Source: an uncultured Alphaproteobacteria bacterium
GTDB taxonomy: Bacteria > Pseudomonadota > Alphaproteobacteria > RF32 > CAG-239
Reading direction: 5' to 3'
Assembly: GCA_910585375.1 (NCBI GenBank)
Contig: CAJUCZ010000004.1
Coordinates: forward strand, 10,636 to 74,635
DNA: 64,000 bases
Positions 18,072 to 28,344 of the stretch are shown here, one piece after another. How positions within the stretch are numbered: position 1 is the stretch's first letter; every line of letters starts with the position of its first letter. The notes under the pieces are model-generated. The model was given only the letters and a program-made list of their open reading frames with translations. It was not told the DNA's origin and searched no databases. A program made the position numbers and the translations under genes.

Positions 18072-19226
18072 ATGACCAAACAAGAAAAAAAGACATATGC
18101 GGAAATTTTGCTGATTTTTGCCATTATCGCTGTTGTAATATATTTTTATTATCATAAGGGAACACCGCGGCAAATGGCAGCCAAAAGCGGCGAACTGCCG
18201 GAAATCACCTTAAACGTAATGCCGGCTCAGGCGGAAAAAGTTACGGTTGACAATTCGTATATCGGCTATGTCACCCCCATAAACTCCGTGGCGGTCACAC
18301 CTTATATTAACGGTTTTCTTGAAGACATTATGGTTACCGGCGGCCAGCTTGCCGAGCAGGGCGATACTCTGGTGGTTATCCGGCAGGACGAGTATAAGGC
18401 CAATCTCAAAATGGCCGAAGCCAAGCTCATGCAGGCTCAGGCTGATTACGCCAATGCCGCGGTTTATTATAAAAGAATGCGCGAGGCCGGTGTTAAAATC
18501 ATTTCCAAAACCGAACTTGATAATGCCAAAGCCCAATATTTGTCCGCACAGGCCGCTGTTGCTGAAGCCAAAGCCAGCGTAGCGCTTGCCAAAGTCAATT
18601 ATGACTATACGGTGATTCAGGCGCCCATTTCCGGTATTGTCGGCGATGTCAGTCTGAGCCGCGGCGATTATGTTTCGCCGTCTTCGCCGCCTTTGTTTAC
18701 GATTATTCAGTATGATCCGATACGCGTTGTATTTTCTCTGACGGATAAAGAATATCTGGATGAAATCACCCGCAATCCGCAACAGCCCTTCGCCAACGAA
18801 AAAATATCGCTCCGTTTGGCCAACGGCAAAATTTATGAGGCCGCCGGACAATACAAATATATGGGCAATGAACTGGACAAGCCTACAAGCTCAATCTCTG
18901 TTTATGCCGATTTTCCCAACCCCGGCCGTGAATTGGTAGCCAATGCTTATGTTGATGTTCTGGTCGAAAAAACTTACGGCGATGTCGTGCGTGTCCGCCA
19001 AAGTTACGTCACGCTCGAGAACAAAGGCGCCTATGTTTATACGGTGCAAAACGGCAAACTGAATAAAAAGCAGGTAGAGATTATAACCGTTTCAGATAAT
19101 GACTACCTGCTCAAAAATACTTTTGCTGCCGGAGAATATATTGTGGTTGACAAAGTCGGGCGCATTGCCAAAGGCCAAAAGATAAAAACCCGTTTGATTG
19201 GGGCAGAGAACGGGGAGAAGAAATAA
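18072..19226 (+). CDS. RND efflux membrane fusion (periplasmic adaptor) protein
   Basis: HlyD/AcrA-type biotinyl-lipoyl, coiled-coil and beta-barrel regions; directly upstream of AcrB-like gene. Confidence 0.85.
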   Translation: MTKQEKKTYAEILLIFAIIAVVIYFYYHKGTPRQMAAKSGELPEITLNVMPAQAEKVTVDNSYIGYVTPINSVAVTPYINGFLEDIMVTGGQLAEQGDTLVVIRQDEYKANLKMAEAKLMQAQADYANAAVYYKRMREAGVKIISKTELDNAKAQYLSAQAAVAEAKASVALAKVNYDYTVIQAPISGIVGDVSLSRGDYVSPSSPPLFTIIQYDPIRVVFSLTDKEYLDEITRNPQQPFANEKISLRLANGKIYEAAGQYKYMGNELDKPTSSISVYADFPNPGRELVANAYVDVLVEKTYGDVVRVRQSYVTLENKGAYVYTVQNGKLNKKQVEIITVSDNDYLLKNTFAAGEYIVVDKVGRIAKGQKIKTRLIGAENGEKK

Positions 19227-22200
19227 TGTTTTCAGAGTATTTTATTGACCGTCCGCGCTTTGCCGCCGTCATTTCCATTATTATGGTGCTGGTGGGCGTG
19301 CTGGCAATTTTGGTCTTGCCGGTTTCGCAGTATCCGCAAATTACGCCGCCGCAGATTGTTGTCAGCACGACTTATCCGGGCGCCAATGCCAAAGTGTTGG
19401 TCGATACCGTGGCTATCCCGATAGAAAACGAGCTGAACGGCGTTGAAAATATGCTTTATATGTCTTCCACCTCGGATGACAACGGTTCTTATCAGCTGAC
19501 AATCACTTTTGACATCGGCACAGATCCTGACATTGCTCAGGTGCAGGTTGAAAACCGCCTGCAACAGGTCAATTCCCAGCTTCCCGCTTTGGTGATTCAG
19601 GAAGGCATCAGCGTCGAAACCCGCTCGACCAATCTGTTGGCCATGTTAATTCTGCGTTCGCCCAACCGCACCTATAATGACTTGTTTCTGAGCAACTTTG
19701 CCTATGAGAATATTCAAAACCCGCTGGCGCGCGTCAAAGGTATCGGCGATGTCCAGATTTACGGTCCGCAATACAGTATGCGCATTTGGTTGAATACGGA
19801 AAAAATTTCTTCCCTCGGATTGGACAGCACCGATGTTGTTAAAGCCATTGAAAGCCAGAACATTCAGGCTTCAATCGGAGAAATCGGTGCCGCTCCGAGT
19901 CGCCCCGATACGGCGGTTGTAATGTCGCTTACCGCCAAAGGCTTGTTGAACAGCGTGGAAGATTTTGAGAATATTGTCATCACGACTTCGGCTGACGGTG
20001 GAATTATCCGGCTGAAAGACATTTCCCGCATTGAACTGGGAGCGGACACTTACAGCATGAATGCCCATTTTGACAACGCTCCGGCAGTGGTTATCGGTCT
20101 GAGCCAGACGCCGAACTCCAATTCTCTGGATATTATGAAAAATGTTCAAAAAGAAATCGCCAGTCTCCAAAAAACTTTTCCTGCCGATATGGAATTTGCC
20201 GTAGCATACGATTCGACAGATTTTGTACGTGCATCTATTGAAAGCATTTTGGAAACGCTGGTCATAACTTTCTCGCTGGTTGTGTTGGTCACTTATGTTT
20301 TTCTGCAACGCGCCAAAACCACGTTGATTCCGCTCATTACCATTCCTGTATCGTTGGTTGCGACCTTCGCCGTCATCTTTGCGCTTGGCTTTGATATTAA
20401 TATTTTAACACTGTTCGCCATGATTCTGGCCATTGGTCTGGTTGTGGACGATGCGATTATTGTGGTCGAACGCGTCCAATATCTGATGCTTAATGAAAAA
20501 ATGGATGCCAAAGCAGCCTCTGTCAAGGCCATGCAGCAGATTGCCAGTGCCATCGTCGCTACAACTTTTGTGCTGTTGTCAATCTTTATTCCGGTCGGAT
20601 TGATGGCGGGTATTACCGGCAAGATTTATCAGCAGTTTGCCGTCACGATTGCCACATCAGTTGCTTTTTCGGCATTTAATGCCTTAACGCTGAGCCCGGC
20701 GCTTTGCTCGATTTTTCTCAGGGGCGATGACGGCACGACCGACAATCCTTTATTTATCTGGTTTAATGACCTGATAACTTTTTTCCGCGATAAATATGTG
20801 GCTGTCGTGGGTTGGTTCTCAAGCCGTTTAAAGTTGACGTCCGTTGTTGTTCTGGCCGCAATCGCCGTTGTTATGCTGACTTTTGCCGGTACCGCCACTT
20901 CTTTTATTCCGGAAGAAGATCAGGGGATTATCTTTACCAATGTCCAGCTCCGCAATACCGCGACCATCAACCAGACAAACGAGCTGTTGGACAAGCTTGG
21001 ACACGAGGTTTTGCAGGAAGATGGCGTGGAATATTTTATTTCTGTAGCCGGCTATTCAATGCTGGGCGGCGGCGGTGAAAACGTTGCACTGGGCGTTATC
21101 GGCCTGAAGCCGTGGAAAGAGCGCACCGCCAAAAGTCTGTCAATGGAAAGCATAACCAATCATCTGACCGCCCAATACGGTCAGAATCCCGATGCCGAAA
21201 TCAACTTCTTTGCTCCGCCGTCCATTCCGGGTATCGGCAGTGCCAACGGCCTGACGTTTGAAATGCTTGCCATTCGCAACAGCCTGACACCGGCAGATTT
21301 GTTTGACAAAATGGAAACCTTCCTCGGACAGTTAAATCAAAAGCCGGAAATGTCTTATGCCTTTTCAACCTTTACCGCCGATACGCCGCATGTCTTTTTG
21401 GACATTGACCGCACCAAACTCGAGGCCTATAACGTTCCTGTGTCCAACCTGTTTACGGCGCTGCAAAATAATCTGGGCTCCCGTTATATTAACAATATTA
21501 CGCTGAACGGACAGGTAAATAAGGTTATTATTCAGGCTGATTTCCAATATCGCCAAAACCTTCGTAATATCGAAAATATGTATGTCCGTTCCAAAACCGG
21601 CGACCTTGTCCGAGTCAAGAGCTTTGCCACGGTAAGTACTGAAATCTCGCCCAATATTGTGTATCGTTACAATCAATATACCTCCGCCTCGGTCACGGCT
21701 CAGTCTGCCCCCGGCGTCAGTACCGGTACTGCCATTGATACCATCCGCAGTCTGGCCTCTCAGACGCTGGGGCAGGATTACGGTATAGCCTGGACGGGGC
21801 TGAGCCTGCAGGAAGTCGAGGCTGCAGGGCTGGCGCAGGTGCTGATTGCACTGGCCTTGGTGTTTTGCTACCTGTTTTTGGTGGCGCTCTATGAAAGCTG
21901 GATGTTGGCTTTTTCGGTAATGTTCTCAACCGTGTTCGGCATTCTGGGCGCTCTGGCCGGATTACACCTGATGGGGCTGTCATTGAGTATTTATGCCCAG
22001 CTCGGACTGATTATGCTGATTGGTCTGGCAGCCAAAAATGCCATTTTGATTGTGGAATTTACCAAGGCTTATCGTGATGATGGCGCAAGCATTCTCGAGG
22101 CAGCCAAAAAAGGGGCGGAAGAGCGCTTTCGCGCCGTGTTGATGACGGCTTTAACGTTTATTCTGGGCGTTTTTCCGATGGTCGTGGCTACCGGTGCCGG

Positions 22201-22426
22201 AGCGTCAAGCCAGATTGCCATCGGGACGTCGGTTTTTTTCGGAATGATTGTCGCCACGTTGATCGGCATTATCTTTATTCCGGCGCTGTTTGCAGTCTTT
22301 GAGAGTATCAAAGAATGGGCGGGCGGCAGCCGGGAAGAAGCCGAAGTTATTCGGGAAACCAAAGTCCATGGCAACAAACTGGGCATCAAACTGGATGATA
22401 CGCCGGAACGGGAGGGCGCAAAATGA
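19226..22426 (+). CDS. RND multidrug efflux permease (AcrB/MexB family)
   Basis: 1066 aa, 12 TM, conserved AcrB motifs (…[12 protein letters not shown]…, …[17 protein letters not shown]…). Confidence 0.95.
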   Translation: MFSEYFIDRPRFAAVISIIMVLVGVLAILVLPVSQYPQITPPQIVVSTTYPGANAKVLVDTVAIPIENELNGVENMLYMSSTSDDNGSYQLTITFDIGTDPDIAQVQVENRLQQVNSQLPALVIQEGISVETRSTNLLAMLILRSPNRTYNDLFLSNFAYENIQNPLARVKGIGDVQIYGPQYSMRIWLNTEKISSLGLDSTDVVKAIESQNIQASIGEIGAAPSRPDTAVVMSLTAKGLLNSVEDFENIVITTSADGGIIRLKDISRIELGADTYSMNAHFDNAPAVVIGLSQTPNSNSLDIMKNVQKEIASLQKTFPADMEFAVAYDSTDFVRASIESILETLVITFSLVVLVTYVFLQRAKTTLIPLITIPVSLVATFAVIFALGFDINILTLFAMILAIGLVVDDAIIVVERVQYLMLNEKMDAKAASVKAMQQIASAIVATTFVLLSIFIPVGLMAGITGKIYQQFAVTIATSVAFSAFNALTLSPALCSIFLRGDDGTTDNPLFIWFNDLITFFRDKYVAVVGWFSSRLKLTSVVVLAAIAVVMLTFAGTATSFIPEEDQGIIFTNVQLRNTATINQTNELLDKLGHEVLQEDGVEYFISVAGYSMLGGGGENVALGVIGLKPWKERTAKSLSMESITNHLTAQYGQNPDAEINFFAPPSIPGIGSANGLTFEMLAIRNSLTPADLFDKMETFLGQLNQKPEMSYAFSTFTADTPHVFLDIDRTKLEAYNVPVSNLFTALQNNLGSRYINNITLNGQVNKVIIQADFQYRQNLRNIENMYVRSKTGDLVRVKSFATVSTEISPNIVYRYNQYTSASVTAQSAPGVSTGTAIDTIRSLASQTLGQDYGIAWTGLSLQEVEAAGLAQVLIALALVFCYLFLVALYESWMLAFSVMFSTVFGILGALAGLHLMGLSLSIYAQLGLIMLIGLAAKNAILIVEFTKAYRDDGASILEAAKKGAEERFRAVLMTALTFILGVFPMVVATGAGASSQIAIGTSVFFGMIVATLIGIIFIPALFAVFESIKEWAGGSREEAEVIRETKVHGNKLGIKLDDTPEREGAK

Positions 22427-23892
22427 AAAAAGAAATAAGTTTTGGATTAATGGCCTTCTTGCTGGCTTCTTGTACGGTAGGGCCGGACTATCATCGCCCG
22501 CAGGTTTATAGAGATGAAGAAATCTCCAAAAACCTTGGCCTGAATCCGGCAGAAAGGACGTCCGTTGCCAAAGACTGGTACAAACAGTTTAATGATCCGG
22601 TCTTAAATGAGCTTGTCGCTCTGAGCCTCAAAGACAGCCCCGACGTTAAAATTGCCGTTCAAAAGCTGCGTCAGGCCAGAAACGAATTTGATATCAACGC
22701 TTTTAATTTTTTTCCGATGATAGACGTTGACGGCAGTTATCACTATAACAAACCGAGCCGTAAAATCGGCTATACCATTGATACCGATTATTATCAGACC
22801 GGATTGGATGCCAGCTGGGAACTTGATATCTGGGGCGGCGGACGCCGGCTGAACGAAAGCCAACAGGCTTTGATGAAAGCGGCTGCGGCGGATCTGGACA
22901 ATGTGTATGTCAGTCTGGCGGCAGAAACCGCAACGGACTATATTACCCTGCGCAGCCTTCAGGTTCAGTTGAAAATAGCCGAACAAAATCTGGAATTGCA
23001 GCAAAAAATTTATGATATCGTCAAGCGCAAAAATGAAGTCGGGCTGGAAGACGATGTTGCGCTGAATCAGGCCAAATATGCGATTGAAAATACCAAAACG
23101 CTGATTCCTGATTTGCAGCAAAACATTTCCGAGGCCCGCAACGCGCTGGCAATTCTGACCGGCCGCCTGCCCGGGCAGCTGGACGGGCTTTTGGTTGACC
23201 GTAATAAAAATCTGGTGCGCCGCCGGTTTAACTTTGAACTGGGTAAAATTTACGAACAACCGGCTTCCGTTATCCGCAACCGTCCGGACGTACAGGTTGC
23301 CGAGCAGCAGCTGATTGCACAAAATGCCCTGGTAGGGCAGGAGATTTCAAAATTGTTTCCCAATGTCAGCCTGAGCGGTTTTCTGGGCTTTCAGGCGCTG
23401 GAGGTTTCCGGTCTGGTCGGCAGCAAAACCTTTATGTATACCTATTCGCCGGCTGTAACCCTGCCGCTTTTGCACTGGGGACAGTTGCAAAATCAGGTGG
23501 AACTGCAAAAAAATGTAACGCTGGAATATTTTTACCGTTACCAGAACAGCATATTGAACGCCGTGGAAGAAGTTAAAAATGCCATGACTTCTATCGGCAA
23601 TGAATACAAAAAGAACCTTTCGGCCTATGAAGCCGCTTCATCTCAAAAAAAAGCCACAATGTTGATTTTGGAAAAATACAAACGCGGCCTGATAGAGTTT
23701 AATGATGTTTTGACCGCCGAACAGAATTTATTAAGCGCGCAAAACAATCTGGCTGCCAGCAACGGTAAGATTTATCAGACGATTATTGCTTATTATAAAG
23801 CGGTCGGCGGCGGATATGCCCATAATGCGCCGGAATTCTGCACACTTTATAAGTCGTCGTTATTAAACGGCACGCCCTGCAATGCTCTCTGA
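22423..23892 (+). CDS. outer-membrane efflux channel lipoprotein (OprM/NodT family)
   Basis: lipobox [11 protein letters not shown]; two OEP repeats; canonical ending …[10 protein letters not shown] followed by ~24-aa extension. Confidence 0.85.
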   Translation: MKKEISFGLMAFLLASCTVGPDYHRPQVYRDEEISKNLGLNPAERTSVAKDWYKQFNDPVLNELVALSLKDSPDVKIAVQKLRQARNEFDINAFNFFPMIDVDGSYHYNKPSRKIGYTIDTDYYQTGLDASWELDIWGGGRRLNESQQALMKAAAADLDNVYVSLAAETATDYITLRSLQVQLKIAEQNLELQQKIYDIVKRKNEVGLEDDVALNQAKYAIENTKTLIPDLQQNISEARNALAILTGRLPGQLDGLLVDRNKNLVRRRFNFELGKIYEQPASVIRNRPDVQVAEQQLIAQNALVGQEISKLFPNVSLSGFLGFQALEVSGLVGSKTFMYTYSPAVTLPLLHWGQLQNQVELQKNVTLEYFYRYQNSILNAVEEVKNAMTSIGNEYKKNLSAYEAASSQKKATMLILEKYKRGLIEFNDVLTAEQNLLSAQNNLAASNGKIYQTIIAYYKAVGGGYAHNAPEFCTLYKSSLLNGTPCNAL

Positions 23893-24323
23893 GGCTTGTA
23901 AATATAGATGTTGGTGATTTCCGGAATATTGGTTGTGCGATGCTCATAACCGCGTTTTTCCATACAACGGCGGTATTTGCGCGGGCTGATGTTCTCGTCA
24001 TTGCGCAGGGAGTTGACAATCAGCGGCTGCGCATTCCAATAAGGAACATAGGTTGCCCAGATACCGCGGTCGGAGTGCCAGTCAGCCCGAATGTTCAGCT
24101 TTGCTTCCTCCGAGTAAAAATAATTGCTGAAGTCCGGCATCAGAACCCAATCCTCCGCGGCTCGCAAACATTCCGAGTGATCGCTGGAAAACTTTTGAAT
24201 GCCGGTATTTTTCCTTTGCCAGTGATAAATCACCTGACCTTGCGGATCATCATCGTATAGACTCCCGCAGGCGCTTAAACCCAGAATAGCGGCCATCAAC
24301 CCCGCTGTCGTTCTCTTATCCAT
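23847..24323 (-). CDS. hypothetical lipoprotein (158 aa)
   Basis: signal peptide + lipobox LGLSACG; overlaps 3' end of convergent OMP gene by 46 nt. Confidence 0.4.
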   Translation of the reverse strand: MDKRTTAGLMAAILGLSACGSLYDDDPQGQVIYHWQRKNTGIQKFSSDHSECLRAAEDWVLMPDFSNYFYSEEAKLNIRADWHSDRGIWATYVPYWNAQPLIVNSLRNDENISPRKYRRCMEKRGYEHRTTNIPEITNIYIYKPQRALQGVPFNNDDL

Positions 24324-24332
24324 CTTTTTTTC

Positions 24333-24998
24333 CTAAAAGTCCAGATTCGCATAATGCTTTGCCGGCAAAATCCCTTTAATGCTGTCTTTCAAAATATCCT
24401 TAAATGCCGGACGCGATTTGATTTTTGAATACCAAAGTTTGGCATTGCGGTAGCTTTCCCATGGCACATCGCCGAGATAGTCCAAAATGGAAAGCTGAGC
24501 GCTGGCACTGATATCGGCAAAAGAAAACATTTCTCCGCCGAGATAGCTCCGCCTTTCACAAAGCCAGTCCAGATATTCCATGTGAAAGTTAAGATTGTTG
24601 ATACCGGTCTTCAAACGGCGGGAATCCGGAGCCAAACCCTGACTGAAACGCTTGTGGACTTTTTCAATCACCACGTTTTTGTAAACGTCGTTATAAAATT
24701 TTCCGTCAAACCATTCGCACAGCCGGCGAACCTCGGCACGCTGTTCCGCGGTATCGGGCAATAGGCGCACTTCTTTGTCCGCGTCTTCCAAAAACTCCGA
24801 AATTGCATAATTGCCGGAGATGACTTTTCCGTCATTGATAAAAATCGGCAGTTCTCCGGCCGGATTCAACTTAAAAACATCGGGAGACATATTCCACGGC
24901 TCTTCTTCTTTCAAAACAAAAAGCATTTTCTTTTCGCTCATGGCTATTCTGATTTTGCGCGAAGCCGCAGAAAACGGATGATGTATTAAAAGAACCAT
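24333..24998 (-). CDS. glutathione S-transferase family protein
   Basis: N-terminal thioredoxin-like GST fold (…HHPFSAASRKIRIAMSEKK…ELPIFINDGKVISGNYAISEFL…) and C-terminal helical domain. Confidence 0.75.
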   Translation of the reverse strand: MVLLIHHPFSAASRKIRIAMSEKKMLFVLKEEEPWNMSPDVFKLNPAGELPIFINDGKVISGNYAISEFLEDADKEVRLLPDTAEQRAEVRRLCEWFDGKFYNDVYKNVVIEKVHKRFSQGLAPDSRRLKTGINNLNFHMEYLDWLCERRSYLGGEMFSFADISASAQLSILDYLGDVPWESYRNAKLWYSKIKSRPAFKDILKDSIKGILPAKHYANLDF

Positions 24999-25088
24999 AT
25001 TGTCTCTCCGGAAATTGACCCCAACTTATTCTGATTATAAATTTTAATCATTAGAACAAAAAGGTCAAGTCCGGAAAGTGATTTATAA

Positions 25089-25949
25089 TTATTTTGTGTA
25101 CATCGGCGGCGTTATGCTGTTGTTCAGAACTTCAAATTCATGAATCACGTTCAGCAAATGCTTTTTAAACTTTTCCTGCACTTCTTTTTTCTCCAGATAT
25201 TTTCCGAGGCGTCCGATTAAAAATGCCCGGTTTTTAGAAGCTTTGGAAACGCCGATAAAAAGCGGAATGTCCCAGATGATTTGCTTGGAAAAAGCCACAT
25301 AATTGCGCAGCCCGAGCTTTGATGCTTCTATCAGTCCGGTATAGTATCCGGTAAAGACATAGTCGATTTCTTTGGTAAAAAGTTTTTTGAACAACTCGTT
25401 CGGGTCGCGGATTTTGATAACGTCATAATCTTTCATCTGTTCGTTGACATAATCGCTCAGAATTTCTTTTTCCAAAATCGCGCCTTTAAGTTTTTTTACG
25501 TCTTCCAAAGACTTAATTTCGCCGCGGCGGGAGGGCAGGGTCATCAGCGTAATCGGATTGGAAACCGGAGCCGGCAATACATAATCAAGGCCGGCATAAA
25601 GCTTGGTGTCATGATACATTCCGAGCAAAATATCAATGTCTCCGCTGCGCACGTCACGAATAATGCCGTTATAATCGGTCAGATAATCCATGTAGGTGAC
25701 AACAGCGTTGTTTTCTTCGGCAAATTCTTCAAGCAGCTCCTTGAAAAGATAATGCCGGCGGACAAATTTCTCTTCATTGTCCTGATTGAATTCGATAGAA
25801 ACATAGCCAAAGGGCGGATAGTCATAAAAACCGGCAGCCGTCATCTGGCGTTCGGCTCTGGTATCGCTGAAATCAACCAGAGCATCGGCATTTCCCGCAG
25901 AAAACAAAACAAGAAGCGCCGCCATTATGATTTTTTTGGGATTGTTCAT
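25089..25949 (-). CDS. periplasmic substrate-binding protein (family 3-like)
   Basis: signal peptide; bilobal SBP-like sequence (…GDIDILLGMYHDTKLY…). Confidence 0.45.
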   Translation of the reverse strand: MNNPKKIIMAALLVLFSAGNADALVDFSDTRAERQMTAAGFYDYPPFGYVSIEFNQDNEEKFVRRHYLFKELLEEFAEENNAVVTYMDYLTDYNGIIRDVRSGDIDILLGMYHDTKLYAGLDYVLPAPVSNPITLMTLPSRRGEIKSLEDVKKLKGAILEKEILSDYVNEQMKDYDVIKIRDPNELFKKLFTKEIDYVFTGYYTGLIEASKLGLRNYVAFSKQIIWDIPLFIGVSKASKNRAFLIGRLGKYLEKKEVQEKFKKHLLNVIHEFEVLNNSITPPMYTK

Positions 25950-26043
25950 ATTTATTCCTTTAAAAAATGCAGAAAATTGTATATATCATGACTTAAACAT
26001 TACACAATTATAGTTAAAAAATATTTTATAGGCCAGGTGAAAA

Positions 26044-26412
26044 ATGAATGAATCCGATCAATATTCCAACAATGAAATGCAGTCATTGTCACAGTCGGAG
26101 TTAGAAAGCAGAGCCCTCATTAATACGGCGTCCAAACTGAATTATATCAGAGAACATTGGGAAGAGGGAAAAGCCGGGTTGGATGAAGCTCTGGATAAAA
26201 ACCGCAAATTATGGGCGATTATTGCTTCAGCCATGCAGGAGGCAGATTGTCCGCAGCCGGCTGACGTCCGCCAGAATATTTTGAATCTGTCTGTCTTTAT
26301 ATTTAAGCGTACAATTGATATTTTGACAGACCCCAAACCGGAAAGCCTGCGCGTGCTGATTGATATTAATATGAATCTGGCAAAAGGCCTGAACCATAAA
26401 GGCATTGATTAA
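26044..26412 (+). CDS. flaF: flagellar biosynthesis regulator FlaF
   Basis: LDKNRKLWAIIASAM…LIDINMNLAKGL matches Caulobacter FlaF pattern (HKNRQLW…IDINRAIMEGL). Confidence 0.6.
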   Translation: MNESDQYSNNEMQSLSQSELESRALINTASKLNYIREHWEEGKAGLDEALDKNRKLWAIIASAMQEADCPQPADVRQNILNLSVFIFKRTIDILTDPKPESLRVLIDINMNLAKGLNHKGID

Positions 26413-26566
26413 TCGGTGATTAAGTAAAAAAGTTTTACCAGCCCCGACTTACTTGGGGCTTTTATTTTTCCTGCCTCACTGCCTTCAGCTGTATTCCGGA
26501 TGCCAAGCCAATTCCTATGTCTCCACCACCCGCTTTTTCCCGTCAGTCTCCCCCAAAAAAATCCGC

Positions 26567-26597
26567 TTGCAAAAGTCATAGATTTGTTTATGATAAT
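26567..26597 (+). promoter_or_regulatory. sigma70-like promoter of HTH cassette copy 2 (TTGCAA … TATGATAAT)
   Basis: AAAAAAATCCGCTTGCAAAA block shared verbatim with copy 3. Confidence 0.55.
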
Positions 26598-26602
26598 ACC
26601 CG

Positions 26603-26781
26603 CAGTCCGGAGGCGGACTGTGGTGTCGAAAACATCTTACGAGTTAATCCGCTTTGGCGGAGTTTGGGAAATAAGCCGCTTTGCGGGCGAATAACCATAG
26701 CTGTCTCGTACAGTTTTTCGGCTCCGCCACCCTTGTTTTAGGGTGGTTTTGTTTTAATCAAAACTAGGAGCTAAAAATAAA
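26603..26781 (+). ncRNA. structured 5' leader of HTH cassette copy 2
   Basis: hairpin CAGTCCG-GAGG-CGGACTG at 26603-26620; anti-SD GGCTCC; terminator CCACCC-ttgtttta-GGGTGG + TTTTGTTTT; SD AGGAGCT; homologous to 11558-11741 and 31504-31684. Confidence 0.6.
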
Positions 26782-27042
26782 ATGTTATCAAGAAAATATA
26801 GAAAAGAGTGGTATAAAACCTTCCGGAGTTATTGCAATAAAGAATTAAACCGGATAATGACGGAACAGGGCTTAACAAGTACGGAACTGGCGGATCATAT
26901 AGATTTTTTTGAAGGTCGGATAGAAAAATTAAAAAGAAATACCAGCCATGTGAGAATGGAAGAATATGTGTATCTGTTTTCATTTCTGGATAAAGTGTTT
27001 GAAATAAAACTTGTCGACGCCAAAGATTATCCTTGGCAGTAA
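26782..27042 (+). CDS. small HTH (XRE-like) protein, cassette copy 2
   Basis: 85/86 aa identical to 11742-12002. Confidence 0.65.
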   Translation: MLSRKYRKEWYKTFRSYCNKELNRIMTEQGLTSTELADHIDFFEGRIEKLKRNTSHVRMEEYVYLFSFLDKVFEIKLVDAKDYPWQ

Positions 27043-27950
27043 TAAAAAAGCGGGAGAGAATCCCGCTTTTTTTCTTCCCTCTTCAAAACAGAAACCCTAT
27101 CACATTTCCCATTGGAGTACCGCAATCCTCAGGGCACCGTACAAACTGACGCCTCACCCGCCGGGTGTGACCGCGGGTCTCATGGCACACGTTTTGTACG
27201 GTGCCACCGGTTGTACCGGTCACCCTCTGTCTTTTTTTTATTGTCACCCTCGGGCTTCAACCCGAGGGACCATCTCACAATCGGCACAGTGCTTGTTTCC
27301 TTATGGATTCTCGGGTCGCAGCCCGAGAATGACAGTAGAAGAAAGCCGCAGAATGACAAATGCTTCAAAGCACCATTCCCCCGTCCGGCACGGTTTGTGT
27401 GCCCTTTGCGAATGGCTTAGGTTTTGGAGCAAAAACCGAAAGTGAAACACCACTCCCCTCAAGCCTGAGGGGTGGGGGAGCGCTAAGTAAAAACAACCGC
27501 AGCTCCGGTTGTTTTTGTCTGCAAGCTCTTTGGAACATCTTGGCAAGCGAGGAAAGCGTTAGCAACCGCAGCGAGCCTAGATGCCTAAGTTGCCCCGCCC
27601 GATTACCGAATGATTTCTTAGCTTTTGGCCCAAAGAGGCGAATATTAAGTACTGAGCCTTGGAACGTAGTGATGTTTGTGGCTGCCGGCCTCCCGGCCTT
27701 TGGGTTGAAAGCTTAGAAAATGAGGTTGGGCTTGACTTTTGCCATTTATTCCTCCCCTGAAGCACATCCTCACATCCGGCATGGTTTGGGTGCCCTTTGC
27801 GAATGGCTTAGGTTTTGGAGCAAAAACCGAAAGTGAAGCACAATGGTAGAGAGCGTAGCGAGATTAATTTTGCTCTGAAACCTTAGCAAATGAGCGTAGG
27901 GCTGCCTTTTTGGTTACTTTTTGGCAGTCAAAAAGTAACAATAAAAAATA
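27043..27950 (+). repeat. non-coding repeat/palindrome-rich region (cassette 3' tail plus ~85-bp direct repeats 27366-27450 and 27757-27842; palindromes at 27133-27205, 27247-27268, 27308-27329, 27490-27520, 27912-27938)
   Basis: no credible ORF; multiple perfect inverted repeats (CCCTCGGG…CCCGAGGG; TTCTCGGG…CCCGAGAA; GTTACTTTTTG-gcagt-CAAAAAGTAAC) and an 85-bp direct repeat 390 bp apart. Confidence 0.6.
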
Positions 27951-27961
27951 AACAACTCTAT

Positions 27962-28320
27962 GAAGAAAACAAAACCAGAAAATAAAAAAAGAAAAACAAC
28001 GAAAAAAGAGAGGAGTAAAGAGAGCGGAGAACAAAAGGGACAAGGGGGCGGGAAAAAGAAAGTAGTGGGGAGATCAGAGAACGGGAAGCGGAGAAGACGG
28101 TGCGGGGAGTGATAGGGCGGAAAGAGAGCGGAGAACAAAAGGAACGGGGAAGCAGGAAAAAGAAAGTAGCGGGGAATGAGGAAAAAGAGAGGAGAAAAAA
28201 CGAAAGAGGGAAAAAGGAAAAATGCGGGGAGTGTGGAATGAGAGGAGAGGACTAAACATCCCCTGATGAGAAAATAAATATGAGTAATGAGATAAAAGAA
28301 AATGAAGAAAACGGGATATA
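27962..28320 (+). repeat. long polypurine (A/G) tract with internal ~104-bp imperfect tandem repeat
   Basis: >90% purines on plus strand for ~360 bp; unit AAAGAGAGCGGAGAACAAAAGG… at 28017 and 28121. Confidence 0.75.
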
Positions 28321-28323
28321 ATA

Positions 28324-28341
28324 AAAGGGGCAAAGCCCCTT
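28324..28341 (-). terminator. intrinsic terminator of proS (GGGGC-ttt-GCCCC flanked by A/T runs)
   Basis: hairpin AAAGGGGCAAAGCCCCTTTT immediately after proS stop. Confidence 0.6.
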
Positions 28342-28344
28342 TTA

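Noticed and set aside
27011-27445. 144-aa plus-strand ORF in the repeat region
   Set aside because: Composition dominated by the palindromic GC-rich repeats (Pro/Gly/Arg/His-rich), no RBS, starts inside the HTH gene terminator.
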